From Candidatus Hydrogenedentota bacterium (GTDB lineage Bacteria > Hydrogenedentota > Hydrogenedentia > Hydrogenedentales > SLHB01), in assembly GCA_045863295.1 (NCBI GenBank), contig BTWA01000002.1, positions 235,137-299,136 of the forward strand: a stretch of 64,000 bases of DNA, written 5' to 3'. A program made the position numbers and the translations under genes. The notes under the pieces are model-generated. The model saw only the letters and a list, made by a program, of their open reading frames with translations. It was not told where the DNA came from and did not search any database. Below, piece by piece: positions 11,510 through 21,003 of this stretch. How positions within the stretch are numbered: the first letter of the stretch is position 1; every line of letters starts with the position of its first letter.

Positions 11510-11701
11510 GACGAATTCTCCCCAAAGTAGCCATGGCAAACGGCTTACACAAAGGCCCTCTTGTAAGTACCCCAATCGTATTGTATACTATTCGCAATCC
11601 GTACCCGGCTGCTCCGCAACCCGGGGCCGGACCATCCTGTAGGCAAATGCGGAATGGCGCCCCAAGAACAAGGGGCAACAAAAATGTTGGAGAGAGAAAA
11701 C

Positions 11702-11857
11702 ATGAAGCGCTACATTTCGATGCTCCTGCTTGGCTTGGTCGCCCTTTCTAGCACCATGATTGTTGGCTGCGGCCCCAAAGAAGAAGCTGCACCGGCTGAC
11801 GGCGCGGCTGCTCCGGCCGATGGTGCTGCTGCTTCCGAAGAAGAGCGCCCGCGCTAA
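11702..11857 (+). CDS. Small low-complexity lipoprotein (51 aa)
   Basis: Signal peptide with lipobox IVGC, GGAG RBS, upstream TTGTAA-17-TATACT, downstream terminator. Confidence 0.75.
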   Translation: MKRYISMLLLGLVALSSTMIVGCGPKEEAAPADGAAAPADGAAASEEERPR

Positions 11858-11878
11858 CTTCTGACGATCACCATTTCG

Positions 11879-11930
11879 GACCGCTCTGGCGGCAGGGTAT
11901 ACCCTCCGGCGGAGCGGTTCTCTTTTTTTC
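11879..11930 (+). terminator. Terminator hairpin
   Basis: GACCGCTCTG...CGGAGCGGTTC followed by a T-run. Confidence 0.6.
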
Positions 11931-11933
11931 CGC

Positions 11934-12698
11934 TCATGCCCAGTGCACGAGCCCGAACAGAAATGCCGACGGCACGATTTGAAGCGTCAGATTATCCCAG
12001 CCATGTGGGGAGAGCGCTTCCACGCCTGTACAGACTACTGCTCCAACTGGAACGCCCCAATACAACATGGAGACATCGACGTGCAGACCGGCAGATTGCG
12101 TCGCCAACAGCAGCATCGCCGCCGATGCCACCAACACGGCACCGCTTCCTTCGAGGGTCCGATCGGCGCGAACACCGCTCGCCGAGAGCGTCCGATAGGG
12201 GTGCCGGCCGAATCGAGTGCCCACAGGCTCCGCGATGGCATCCGCCACGCCCGTAACCAGATAGCCGGCTATTGCGCAGGGACCAAACCATACATTCGAT
12301 AGCACGCCACCCAGCAACGTGGCGATGTAGGGAATCATGATGTAGCGCGTCCGCCGGGGGGCGTCTTTTTCCCGCGCCATTGCCTCGTACAGCAGGTGTC
12401 CCTCGCCTTGCCACACGGCGAAGAAAATGACCATCGAGGCGATTGCACCAAAGAGACACACCCATCGTGTCCCGGCTGCGAAATGCAGTGCAGCCGCCAT
12501 TCCGAAAATAAGTAAGTGAAAAATCTTTCGAGTGTACCCTGTAGGCCAATTGTATCTGCGCTTGAGCCATCCCGCGAACGCAAGGCAGGTGACTGAATAA
12601 GCAAGAAATGCCGGTCCGCCGACGGCTAACATGCCGGTGCTTGGCATGTTTTGGCGAATGAATTCTACTGACGACACAAACACGCTGTCTCCCCGCAT
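11934..12698 (-). CDS. Polyprenol/phytol/dolichol kinase-family membrane protein
   Basis: TRKIFH, DAIAEPVG..FGRH, RTLEGS, WDNL; multiple TM segments; start uncertain. Confidence 0.8.
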   Translation of the reverse strand: MRGDSVFVSSVEFIRQNMPSTGMLAVGGPAFLAYSVTCLAFAGWLKRRYNWPTGYTRKIFHLLIFGMAAALHFAAGTRWVCLFGAIASMVIFFAVWQGEGHLLYEAMAREKDAPRRTRYIMIPYIATLLGGVLSNVWFGPCAIAGYLVTGVADAIAEPVGTRFGRHPYRTLSASGVRADRTLEGSGAVLVASAAMLLLATQSAGLHVDVSMLYWGVPVGAVVCTGVEALSPHGWDNLTLQIVPSAFLFGLVHWA

Positions 12699-12748
12699 TC
12701 GTTGTGAGGCAGGTTCTGGTTCTGCTAGATTCTAGCGGTATTCCAACC

Positions 12749-13699
12749 ATGGCCATGGAAGCCCGATCTATCGTGGAAGCCATCGTAACGCAAGATCTCA
12801 CGAAGGTCTACCGCACCCATCTGGGCCGGAAGGCCGCGCCGTCCTTGAACGGGCTGAGCCTGACCGTAGAGCAGGGCGAAGTCTTCGGTTTTCTTGGCCG
12901 CAACGGCGCTGGTAAAACCACTACGATTAAGATTCTCTGCAGCCTGATCAAGCCCACGCGGGGCGCCGCGCATATACTCGGTGAAAACGCCCAAACGCGG
13001 AATGCCCGCCGGTGGATCGGCTATCTGCCCGAGAACCCTTACTTTTACGAGTACCTGACCCCGCGCGAAACCATCGAGTTTTACGGACGGCTGCATGGGC
13101 TTAACCCGCACGCGCGCGAAGCTGAGTGGAAAAAGCTCGCAGACCTTCTCGATCTAGGTCCCATTGCAAACCAGCGTGTCCGTGGGTTTTCCAAAGGCAT
13201 GCGCCAACGCCTCGGCACTGCCGTTGCTCTTGTCGGCGATCCCCCGGTTGTTATTCTTGATGAGCCCATGAGCGGTCTCGATCCCATGGGGCGCCGCGCC
13301 ACGCGAGAACTTATCCTGCGCTTGCGCGACGAGAAGAAGACTATCTTCTTCAGCTCCCATATCTTGGGCGATGTCGAACAAATCTGCGATCGCGTGGGCA
13401 TCATGGTCAAAGGGAAATTGACTGCGCATGGCCGCATCAGCGATTTGCTCACGCGTCGAATCGAGTCCGTTGAAGTCATTGCGGACAAGCTCTCCAATGC
13501 GTCCGTGCAGACATTGACCCAGTCCGCGCGCGGGTTTCGTCAATCCGAGGCGGGAAGCCATTTCACTACGGCGGATCCGGACGAAGCCGACGCGCTTGTG
13601 AAGTCTATTCACCAGTCCGGCGGCCGGGTCTTAGAGATTACTCCCGTCAAGGAGTCCCTTGAAGAGTATTTTCTGCGACAGCAGGCGCCACAGCCATGA
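12749..13699 (+). CDS. ABC transporter ATP-binding protein (PilH/XapD-like)
   Basis: GRNGAGKTT, FSKGMRQR, ILDEP. Confidence 0.93.
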   Translation: MAMEARSIVEAIVTQDLTKVYRTHLGRKAAPSLNGLSLTVEQGEVFGFLGRNGAGKTTTIKILCSLIKPTRGAAHILGENAQTRNARRWIGYLPENPYFYEYLTPRETIEFYGRLHGLNPHAREAEWKKLADLLDLGPIANQRVRGFSKGMRQRLGTAVALVGDPPVVILDEPMSGLDPMGRRATRELILRLRDEKKTIFFSSHILGDVEQICDRVGIMVKGKLTAHGRISDLLTRRIESVEVIADKLSNASVQTLTQSARGFRQSEAGSHFTTADPDEADALVKSIHQSGGRVLEITPVKESLEEYFLRQQAPQP

Positions 13700-14457
13700 G
13701 AATCCTCGCGGTCGCGCACAACACGTTTCGTGAAGCCGTTCGCGACAAGGTCCTTTATGTGCTGCTGTTTTTTGCGGCCTCGGCGATTGCTGGATCCAAG
13801 GCGCTCGGATGGATCAGCATCGGTCAAGACATCAAGATAGTGAAAGATATCTGTCTGGCTTCCGTCTCGCTGTTCGGTGTGCTTATTTCCATTTTTGTTG
13901 GCGCGAGCCTTGTCTATAAAGAAATTGACAAGCGCACGATCTACACGATTATCTGCCGCCCCATGCACCGGTACGAATTCATCCTTGGCAAGTATCTTGG
14001 TCTGTGCGCTCTGCTTGCGGTGGTTGTTTGCGCGATGGCCGCTATGTCGACTGGATATATCCTGTTGCTTGGCGGCGCTGTGCAGGTTGTTTTCTTCCAG
14101 GCGATGCTACTTGCGTATTGCGAGCTGCTGCTGATTACGGCGCTGGCCGTCTTGATGTCGTCGGTCACATCGCCGATACTTGGCGCCATTATTGTGTTTT
14201 GCGCCTACATCCTCGGGCACGCGACTGGAATCCTCATCGACTTGCCCGATCACTTCGACGGAACCACTGCCGAAAGAGTGCTCCAGACGGTATACTACAT
14301 TTTGCCGAACCTCACGAATTTCAACATCCGATCCGAAGCCGCCAATGGCGTTCCGGTGGCTCCGGGGTATGTGCTATGGGCCGTGGTCTATGGCGCGGTG
14401 TACACCTTGATGCTTCTGGTGCTGGCGGCCCTTGCGTTTGAGGATAAAGATGTATGA
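13696..14457 (+). CDS. ABC-2 type permease (PilI/XapB-like)
   Basis: NTFREAVRDKVLY, KEIDKRTIY, GKYLG; ATGA coupling. Confidence 0.88.
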   Translation: MRILAVAHNTFREAVRDKVLYVLLFFAASAIAGSKALGWISIGQDIKIVKDICLASVSLFGVLISIFVGASLVYKEIDKRTIYTIICRPMHRYEFILGKYLGLCALLAVVVCAMAAMSTGYILLLGGAVQVVFFQAMLLAYCELLLITALAVLMSSVTSPILGAIIVFCAYILGHATGILIDLPDHFDGTTAERVLQTVYYILPNLTNFNIRSEAANGVPVAPGYVLWAVVYGAVYTLMLLVLAALAFEDKDV

Positions 14458-15464
14458 AGCGCTTCCTCGCCGCCACGGCGACTATCGCACTCGCATTTGC
14501 TGCATTGGTGCCTGCGCAAAAGAACATCGACACGGCCAGGTCTCACGCTTTCGACGAGGAGTTGTTATACCTGCCTGAACAGCGCATTCTCCGGCATTTT
14601 ACCGGCGGCATGAACAGCCTCGTGGCCGACCTGCTTTGGATACAGTGCATTCAATATACCGCCCAGCAATTTCGAGGCGAGTACAAGTTTACCTGGCTCA
14701 ATCAGATGTTCGATACGATCACGATGCTCGATCCCTACTTTTGCGATGTTTACCAGAAAGGCGGCCAGTTTCTCGCGATGCTCAAGGCCGACAGCGATGC
14801 CAGCATTGCCTTGCTGCAACAGGGAATTCCGCACAACCCGGAGCGATGGGAATTGCCTTTCGAAATTGCCCGCACCTACATCCTCAACCGGGGCGACGAA
14901 ACCTCCGGCGCGCACTACCTCGCCATGGCGGCCGCTACCGGGAATCCGCCGGACTTCGTGGTGGATTGGGCAAAGAACCTGCAATTACAGCACGATTTGG
15001 ACGACGTTCAACGAAGCATGTGGGTCGATATCCGGCAAAACAATCCGGATCCCACGATGAAGAAGCTGGCGGAACGCAAACTTGTCGAGCTTGATTTGCG
15101 TGCGGTCTGCAAACAATTGAACGCGGCGGTCGAGGCCTACAAACAGCAACTCGGCGCGCCGCCTGAGACGCTGAAGGACTTGTGGGATGCCGGACTCGCC
15201 CAAGGGGACCTGGCTGATCCTCTGGGCGGCAGATTCTTCCTTAATTCGGACCATGAGGTTCAAAACACCTCACTTCTCGATAGTATCAAGGAAGACCGTT
15301 TGAGGGTTATCCAAGGCTGGATCCAACTTTTTGAAGAGAAGGAAGGCCGTCGGCCCGCCCGCCTGGAGGAACTCGTAGAGAGAGGCATCGCGTCAGGCTT
15401 GCCCACGTATCCTTACGAAGAGGGGAGTTGGCAGTACGATCCGGCGGACGGATCGGTCAAATAG
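14454..15464 (+). CDS. Exported TPR-like protein (PilG/XapA-like) with pseudopilin-like C-terminal repeats
   Basis: ADLLWIQCIQY, LDPYF, NPERW; signal peptide; coupled to the permease. Confidence 0.65.
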   Translation: MKRFLAATATIALAFAALVPAQKNIDTARSHAFDEELLYLPEQRILRHFTGGMNSLVADLLWIQCIQYTAQQFRGEYKFTWLNQMFDTITMLDPYFCDVYQKGGQFLAMLKADSDASIALLQQGIPHNPERWELPFEIARTYILNRGDETSGAHYLAMAAATGNPPDFVVDWAKNLQLQHDLDDVQRSMWVDIRQNNPDPTMKKLAERKLVELDLRAVCKQLNAAVEAYKQQLGAPPETLKDLWDAGLAQGDLADPLGGRFFLNSDHEVQNTSLLDSIKEDRLRVIQGWIQLFEEKEGRRPARLEELVERGIASGLPTYPYEEGSWQYDPADGSVK

Positions 15465-15512
15465 CGTTCTTCGAGCTCTTTGCGATGCCGTCTTCCTTGA
15501 GGACTGCGTGCT

Positions 15513-15761
15513 CTACGGTTCCTGTTCCAGCGCATCAACGACGTCGCCGGCATTCGCAACCGGTTTGCCGGCCTGTTGAGCGTGCAGTAGATCCGTCAAT
15601 CGGTCGATTTTTTCTTCCAGCCGTTGCACGTCCTGCCGCAGCGTGTTGATTTCCTGCTTTGTGTGCACAGAGCCGCCGCCTGAGAACGCCATCACAATGA
15701 TGGCGATTAGGATCAATGTCCCGCATCCAAGCCGTACAGGTTCGTTGTATCCGTTGCTCAT
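15513..15761 (-). CDS. Small single-TM coiled-coil protein
   Basis: LGCGTLILIAIIVMAF TM followed by heptad-like INTLRQDVQRLEEKIDRLTDLL; GGAG RBS. Confidence 0.7.
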   Translation of the reverse strand: MSNGYNEPVRLGCGTLILIAIIVMAFSGGGSVHTKQEINTLRQDVQRLEEKIDRLTDLLHAQQAGKPVANAGDVVDALEQEP

Positions 15762-15915
15762 ACACGTCTCCGTAAGTTCGACACTGCCGGAAAACGGCAG
15801 GAGGCCCGCGACGCGTTGGTGTCCACGCCGCGGGGAGTAGGGTCGTAGAGGTAAGCGACCTCCTGCGTAGGGGTGCCGTCAATGTTGGGGGAGGTTGACG
15901 GCCAGGGAAGATCCA

Positions 15916-16140
15916 CTAACAGTAATACCGAGGCGCGGTTTTCATCAGCAATGCGCCGAGAATATACAGGAAACCTACGGGAAAGAACCCCGTGAACACG
16001 AGAGCCAGGAACGTGATGGTCCGGGTCCAGAACACCGAGATGTCGAAGTATTCCGCAATACCCCGGCACACGCCAAACAGAATACCGTCTCGCGAGCGGT
16101 ACAGTCCGTGAGGCCGGTAAGTCGATTCGTAGTAGGCCAT
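15916..16140 (-). CDS. pspC: PspC domain protein (short form)
   Basis: LYRSRDGILFGVCRGIAEYFDI...YILGALLM. Confidence 0.9.
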   Translation of the reverse strand: MAYYESTYRPHGLYRSRDGILFGVCRGIAEYFDISVFWTRTITFLALVFTGFFPVGFLYILGALLMKTAPRYYC

Positions 16141-16173
16141 GTTCTTCGTCCTTTCGATGATCCAATCCGGCGA

Positions 16174-16836
16174 CTAGTGACCGGACCGGGAAGCCTTCAA
16201 TGATTGCAGTTCGCGTTCGATAGCCTCGTCCACGACCAGCGCGTCGATTTCGTCGCGCAACGATGGCGCCCGCAATGCGTGGTCGATTGCCGCCTCGCTC
16301 TCCAACACGTCAAGCCGGTACTGCATCGCATCGAAATGACTGAAGATGTGCGACGTGTCCACCCGGCGAATGTCCTGTTGTGCCCTGCGGCGGTGCAATG
16401 CGTGCACGTGCCGCTGAACGAGCACCCGACGCTTCTCGCGCACGGCATCCAATTTGTCTTCCAGTTCGCGAATGTCCGTCTGATACTGCGCGATCACGGC
16501 TTCGCATTCCGCCTGTTCCTTTTCCAGGCCTGCCCCATGATCGGTGTAGCGCCGCTTTTCCTTCAGGGCATCCCGCGCCAGGTCGTCGCGGCCCTTGCTG
16601 ACGGCAATTTGTGCGCGGGCTTCCCATTCCGCCGCGCGCTGCTGGGACTCGCGGCTGTCCGTTTCGATTGCCCGCTTTGCCGCCATGGCGCCCGCGCAAG
16701 ACGCCTTTACCTCGATCAATGTGTCTTCCATTTCCCGGATCATGGTATTCACCAGTTTCTCCGGATCTTCCGCGCAATCCAGCATCGCATTGACATTGGC
16801 GCTGATGATGTCGCGAGCCCGCGTGAAAATGCCCAT
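16174..16836 (-). CDS. pspA: Phage shock protein A
   Basis: MGIFTRARDIISANVNAMLDCAEDPEKL...EMEDTL; coiled coil. Confidence 0.93.
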   Translation of the reverse strand: MGIFTRARDIISANVNAMLDCAEDPEKLVNTMIREMEDTLIEVKASCAGAMAAKRAIETDSRESQQRAAEWEARAQIAVSKGRDDLARDALKEKRRYTDHGAGLEKEQAECEAVIAQYQTDIRELEDKLDAVREKRRVLVQRHVHALHRRRAQQDIRRVDTSHIFSHFDAMQYRLDVLESEAAIDHALRAPSLRDEIDALVVDEAIERELQSLKASRSGH

Positions 16837-16884
16837 GGTATTGTCTCCTTGTTCCCGTGAATTCCGGTGAATCGATTCTTCGTT

Positions 16885-17340
16885 CTACAACGTCGCCGTT
16901 ACGCCCCGCCCGAAGAAAGCGTTGCCTGGCGAATCCGCTTCGCAATTCTTGAGCGTTGCATAGACGCGATCCATCAGGCCTGCCTGGGCCAAACCGGCGT
17001 GCAACAGGGCCGACAATCCCGCCACCGCGTCCATATCGTCGTGGTAGACCCTTATGCCCGCTTCGTAGCCCGCGCCATATTCGCTGGCTTGGCACCAAGT
17101 CACCTTGCCTTTGAATTCGGGCGCCGGCGCCGGTCCGCCAGGGGCGGAAACCTCGAGCCGGATACGACTGCCCTCGGGCAGCGGATTGGTCAGTATGATC
17201 GACAGACCGCCCCGGCCCACGTCGGCGCAACGGGCACTACCGCGTTCGCCATCGGTTTCGAAGTACACGTTTCCGTTCAGTGGATACCGGCCAAAGCGGC
17301 GATTGTCCTGTATGGTCGATTGAGTAGTGCCCCGATTCAT
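16885..17340 (-). CDS. PilZ domain protein
   Basis: RRFGR (RxxxR), DVGRGG (DxSxxG-like), GKVTW, AGIR; AGGAGA RBS before ATG 17340. Confidence 0.8.
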   Translation of the reverse strand: MNRGTTQSTIQDNRRFGRYPLNGNVYFETDGERGSARCADVGRGGLSIILTNPLPEGSRIRLEVSAPGGPAPAPEFKGKVTWCQASEYGAGYEAGIRVYHDDMDAVAGLSALLHAGLAQAGLMDRVYATLKNCEADSPGNAFFGRGVTATL

Positions 17341-17383
17341 GGCCTTGGTCTCCTGTGCTGTAGCCATTGCTAAGACCGTAAAG

Positions 17384-17399
17384 AACAAGCCTCGTGCCA
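17384..17399 (-). promoter_or_regulatory. sigma54 (-24/-12) promoter for the PilZ-pspA-pspC operon
   Basis: TGGCACG-AGGC-TTGTT on the minus strand; AT-rich IHF-like site AAACAATGATTTG at ~17429-17441. Confidence 0.75.
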
Positions 17400-17531
17400 A
17401 ATCGGGATAAGGGTTGTAAGTGATTTAAAAACAATGATTTGCAAAAACGGGCTCAAAATTTCGCTTGTTTGATGCTGGCGAATTTCGCTAATCTGTGGCC
17501 CAATAATCAAATGGTTTGGCGGAGATCCTCA

Positions 17532-18650
17532 ATGGGTGACCTTCCGAGAAAGACGTCGAACAGTCCCGGTAAGCAAGACGAGCCGATTATTCAGGAAGCG
17601 CTTGGGCAATCCGAGGTCTTTCTGAACTTTCAGGAACGTTTGTCTCGGGTGGCCAAAGTCGATCGTCCAGTGTTGATCATTGGCGAACGCGGGACCGGCA
17701 AGGAACTCGCCGCCTCCCGTCTGCACTTTCTTTCGCGGCGTTGGCAGGAACCGTTTGTGGCCCTGAATTGTGCCGCCCTTGCATCCACGCTCATCGAATC
17801 CGAGCTATTCGGTCATGAGGAGGGTGCATTTACCGGGGCGGCACGCCGTAGGCGAGGAAGATTTGAAGCGGCACACGGCGGCACCTTGTTCCTTGACGAA
17901 ATCGGGAACATCCCGGTCGAGACTCAGGAAAAGATTTTGCGGGTTGTGGAGTATGGAAGCTTTGAACGGGTTGGGGGTTCGGAACCGATTCGCGTGAACG
18001 CGCGCATCCTTGGCGCCACCAATACCAATCTATCCATTTTGGCGGACAAGGGCCAATTCATGCGGGACTTGCTGGACCGACTTTCTTTTGAAGTGCTTTT
18101 CATACCTCCATTGCGAGACCGGCGTGAGGATATCATGCTCCTGACGAATCACTTTGCCGCGCGCATGGCCTTTGAATTGAATTGGAAATCGCTGCCAGAG
18201 TTTACGGACGGCGCCATTGGTCTGCTTGAGAACCACCCCTGGCCGGGGAACGTGCGCGAACTCAAGAACGTCATTGAACGGGCCGTTTACCGGTCCGACG
18301 ACGAAGTTATAACCGCGGACGAGATCATTTTTGATCCCTTCCTATGTCCGTATTCGGTTCTCCCGGAGCCACGTATCGACAGCAAATCCATATCGAACGT
18401 CCAGGGAGCGGATAATCCAGCTTCGTCGATTCAGAGTGTGATTGAGCAACTTCCCGAATGGCTGCGCGAAAAATCACTCAATGACGCCGTTCGAGAGGTT
18501 GAAATCTGCCTGTTGAAAAACGCCTTGGAACGCGCGAGGTTCAACCAGCGGAAGGCGGCTGAATTGGTCGGCATGACTTACCATCAGTTTCGGGGTGTCT
18601 ACCGGAAGCATCGTGAATTCCTTGGCGGCGAAGACGAACCCGAAACTTGA
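17532..18650 (+). CDS. pspF: Phage shock operon sigma54 transcriptional activator
   Basis: [18 protein letters not shown] (W56 loop), [11 protein letters not shown]-terminal HTH; no receiver domain; divergent from pspA. Confidence 0.92.
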   Translation: MGDLPRKTSNSPGKQDEPIIQEALGQSEVFLNFQERLSRVAKVDRPVLIIGERGTGKELAASRLHFLSRRWQEPFVALNCAALASTLIESELFGHEEGAFTGAARRRRGRFEAAHGGTLFLDEIGNIPVETQEKILRVVEYGSFERVGGSEPIRVNARILGATNTNLSILADKGQFMRDLLDRLSFEVLFIPPLRDRREDIMLLTNHFAARMAFELNWKSLPEFTDGAIGLLENHPWPGNVRELKNVIERAVYRSDDEVITADEIIFDPFLCPYSVLPEPRIDSKSISNVQGADNPASSIQSVIEQLPEWLREKSLNDAVREVEICLLKNALERARFNQRKAAELVGMTYHQFRGVYRKHREFLGGEDEPET

Positions 18651-18716
18651 TTTGACCACCCTTCAATCGTTCTAATCTGGCCCCATTCGCTGTTCCGATG
18701 AACAAAGGAAGATGCC

Positions 18717-19463
18717 ATGCCCGATATTGCCGCCTTGCTCACTTTCGAAAACGGCGTTGCCTTGTTGACATTGACCTTGTTGGAAATCGTACTTGGCATA
18801 GACAATATCGTTTTCATAGCCATTCTCACCGGCAAGTTGGATGCCCAGTCCGCGCCCAAGGCGCGCAAACTGGGTTTGGCCATGGCGATGGGGATGCGAA
18901 TCCTTCTACTGCTGTTGCTCAGTTGGATTATGGGGCTCACCAAACCGCTGTTCGAATACGACCTTTACTCCTATCATATCGCGGTCAGCGGGAGAGACCT
19001 TATTCTTTTGTTTGGCGGACTTTTCCTGATAGCCAAGTCAACATATGAAATTCACGACAAGATCGAAGGTCATGGCGATCACGGCATTTCGCAAAAGAGA
19101 GCCGTTACATTCACATCCGTCATCATTCAGATCATGTTGCTAGATATCGTGTTTTCTCTCGACTCCGTAATCACCGCGGTAGGCATGGCCAACGAAATCA
19201 TCATCATGATTCTGGCTGTAATAATTGCCGTCGGCGTCATGCTTGTATTTGCCGAAACCGTGAGTAAATTTGTGGAACGCCACCCCACGGTCAAGATGCT
19301 TGCCCTTTCGTTCTTGCTTCTCATCGGAATGATGCTCGTGGCCGAAGGGTTTCACGCGCACATTCCCAAGGGCTATGTATACTTCGCGATGGCATTTTCG
19401 CTCTTTGTCGAGATGCTGAACCTTCGCGTTAAAAGCATCAACGAGAAGAAGGTTAAACCCTGA
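18717..19463 (+). CDS. TerC family membrane protein
   Basis: LEIVLGIDN, DIVFSLDSVITAVG, KGYVYFAMAFS. Confidence 0.93.
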   Translation: MPDIAALLTFENGVALLTLTLLEIVLGIDNIVFIAILTGKLDAQSAPKARKLGLAMAMGMRILLLLLLSWIMGLTKPLFEYDLYSYHIAVSGRDLILLFGGLFLIAKSTYEIHDKIEGHGDHGISQKRAVTFTSVIIQIMLLDIVFSLDSVITAVGMANEIIIMILAVIIAVGVMLVFAETVSKFVERHPTVKMLALSFLLLIGMMLVAEGFHAHIPKGYVYFAMAFSLFVEMLNLRVKSINEKKVKP

Positions 19464-19554
19464 CTGGGGCATACATAAGGACAAAAGGGCCCATGGGGCT
19501 TTTCTTTCCCGTTGGCCCTGGCAGCTTTCCGGATTCGAGAGATTCCGGCCAGAC

Positions 19555-20970
19555 TCAACCTTTTTTCAACACTTCGCTCAGAACGCTTGTGTTCACGATA
19601 TCTTTCACGGCATCGAACGGAATCAGCACTTCGCGAGGACCTTCCGCATAAGATCCCACGGCATAGGGCGGAAAATATATCGTGATTCCGCCCGCCGATA
19701 CCGTGAACAAGTTCAAATCTTCTTCTTTCAATTCAGAAACCGTACCATCTATGACGAATCCTGCGCCGTCTTCCTTCAGCTTCGCCAAACAAATTGTTTC
19801 CAACGTTTTGCGGTAATCCGTGCCCGCGGTGAAAAGATCGTCGAGGGACAGTTGCTTTACATCCGCTGCACCCAACTGAAACGTAAAGGTTACGTATGTG
19901 CCATAACCGTGCGCGCCGCCGGTATACGTGTCCATCGAGAATAAAAGGCTTATGAGCGAATCGCCGGCATATTCAAATCCATAGTTGCCCAAAGAAAACG
20001 AGGCCGTTGGAAGGTAGTCGCCTTCGTCCATCCCTTCGTCGTCACCGGTTTGTTCCGTTTCCGGTGTTTCCGCGGGCGTGGGTTCCGGCGCTGTTTCCGG
20101 TGCATTCTTTTTCATGTCGGCCACCATTTCGGTCCAGGTGGCATTGAAAGCCTCCAATTGCCGGTGAAGGTCGTCTTGAATTGCCTTATTTAACGCGTCT
20201 GCCCGGGTCGCATCGGGCCAAGCAAACACCGGATAATCCATGTGAAGCGACTTTGGCATGGTCTGGTCTTCCACATATTCGTCCACGTTCTGTTGCGTCG
20301 CAAGGAGTGTTAACGAAAATGGGAGGGACTTGCTTAGATCCGGGTTCATCCACGTGCCGTTTGCTTTTGCCATGACGGATTCAAACCGGCCATTGAAAAG
20401 TCCCGTCTTTTTGTCGTTCGAAAGTTCGGTGATGGTAAACGCGCCTTCCTTATCGATGACACCCTGCAACTGAATAGGAAGGCCGAACCGCACGTAGGCA
20501 TAATCGCCATTCAGACTTGTGTAGTCTTTCCACAGCGACATGAACACGGGCCGATTCTCACCGATTGTTCCCCGAAGATGCACCCGCATCGAATCCGGCG
20601 GGTAGCCCGGCACGGTGTCCGGCAGGAATTCGGGCACATCCGACACGGATGCCCCCACGCGAATCGCAAGGTTGGCCCATTTACCCTTTTCGGGATAATA
20701 GACGTAGGCCAGATCCACGGGCGTCCAGTTGATGAACAGCGAATGGAATTCCGGGTTCTCTGTTGGCTCGACGCTGGTTTCCATGATGGCCATTGGTTTC
20801 CACCCATTGTCGCCACACGGGGGACAGAATTGGCGGACTTCCTTCGAGTCCTTCACCAGCGCCGCGGCCCTGTCGGCTTGCGCTTTGGTGACCCATGATG
20901 CCTGATCGGCGCGGGCCACAGCGAGATTGAGCGCCACGAAAAGCGAGAAGGCCAACCATACTGCACGCAT
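19555..20970 (-). CDS. Secreted multidomain protein with C-terminal RsiV/DUF3298-like domain
   Basis: Signal peptide; YTGGAHG, LSLDDLF, FPPYAVGSYAEG. Confidence 0.75.
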   Translation of the reverse strand: MRAVWLAFSLFVALNLAVARADQASWVTKAQADRAAALVKDSKEVRQFCPPCGDNGWKPMAIMETSVEPTENPEFHSLFINWTPVDLAYVYYPEKGKWANLAIRVGASVSDVPEFLPDTVPGYPPDSMRVHLRGTIGENRPVFMSLWKDYTSLNGDYAYVRFGLPIQLQGVIDKEGAFTITELSNDKKTGLFNGRFESVMAKANGTWMNPDLSKSLPFSLTLLATQQNVDEYVEDQTMPKSLHMDYPVFAWPDATRADALNKAIQDDLHRQLEAFNATWTEMVADMKKNAPETAPEPTPAETPETEQTGDDEGMDEGDYLPTASFSLGNYGFEYAGDSLISLLFSMDTYTGGAHGYGTYVTFTFQLGAADVKQLSLDDLFTAGTDYRKTLETICLAKLKEDGAGFVIDGTVSELKEEDLNLFTVSAGGITIYFPPYAVGSYAEGPREVLIPFDAVKDIVNTSVLSEVLKKG

Positions 20971-21003
20971 AATTAAATCCTTTACATCGATGTGACTTCA
21001 GTG

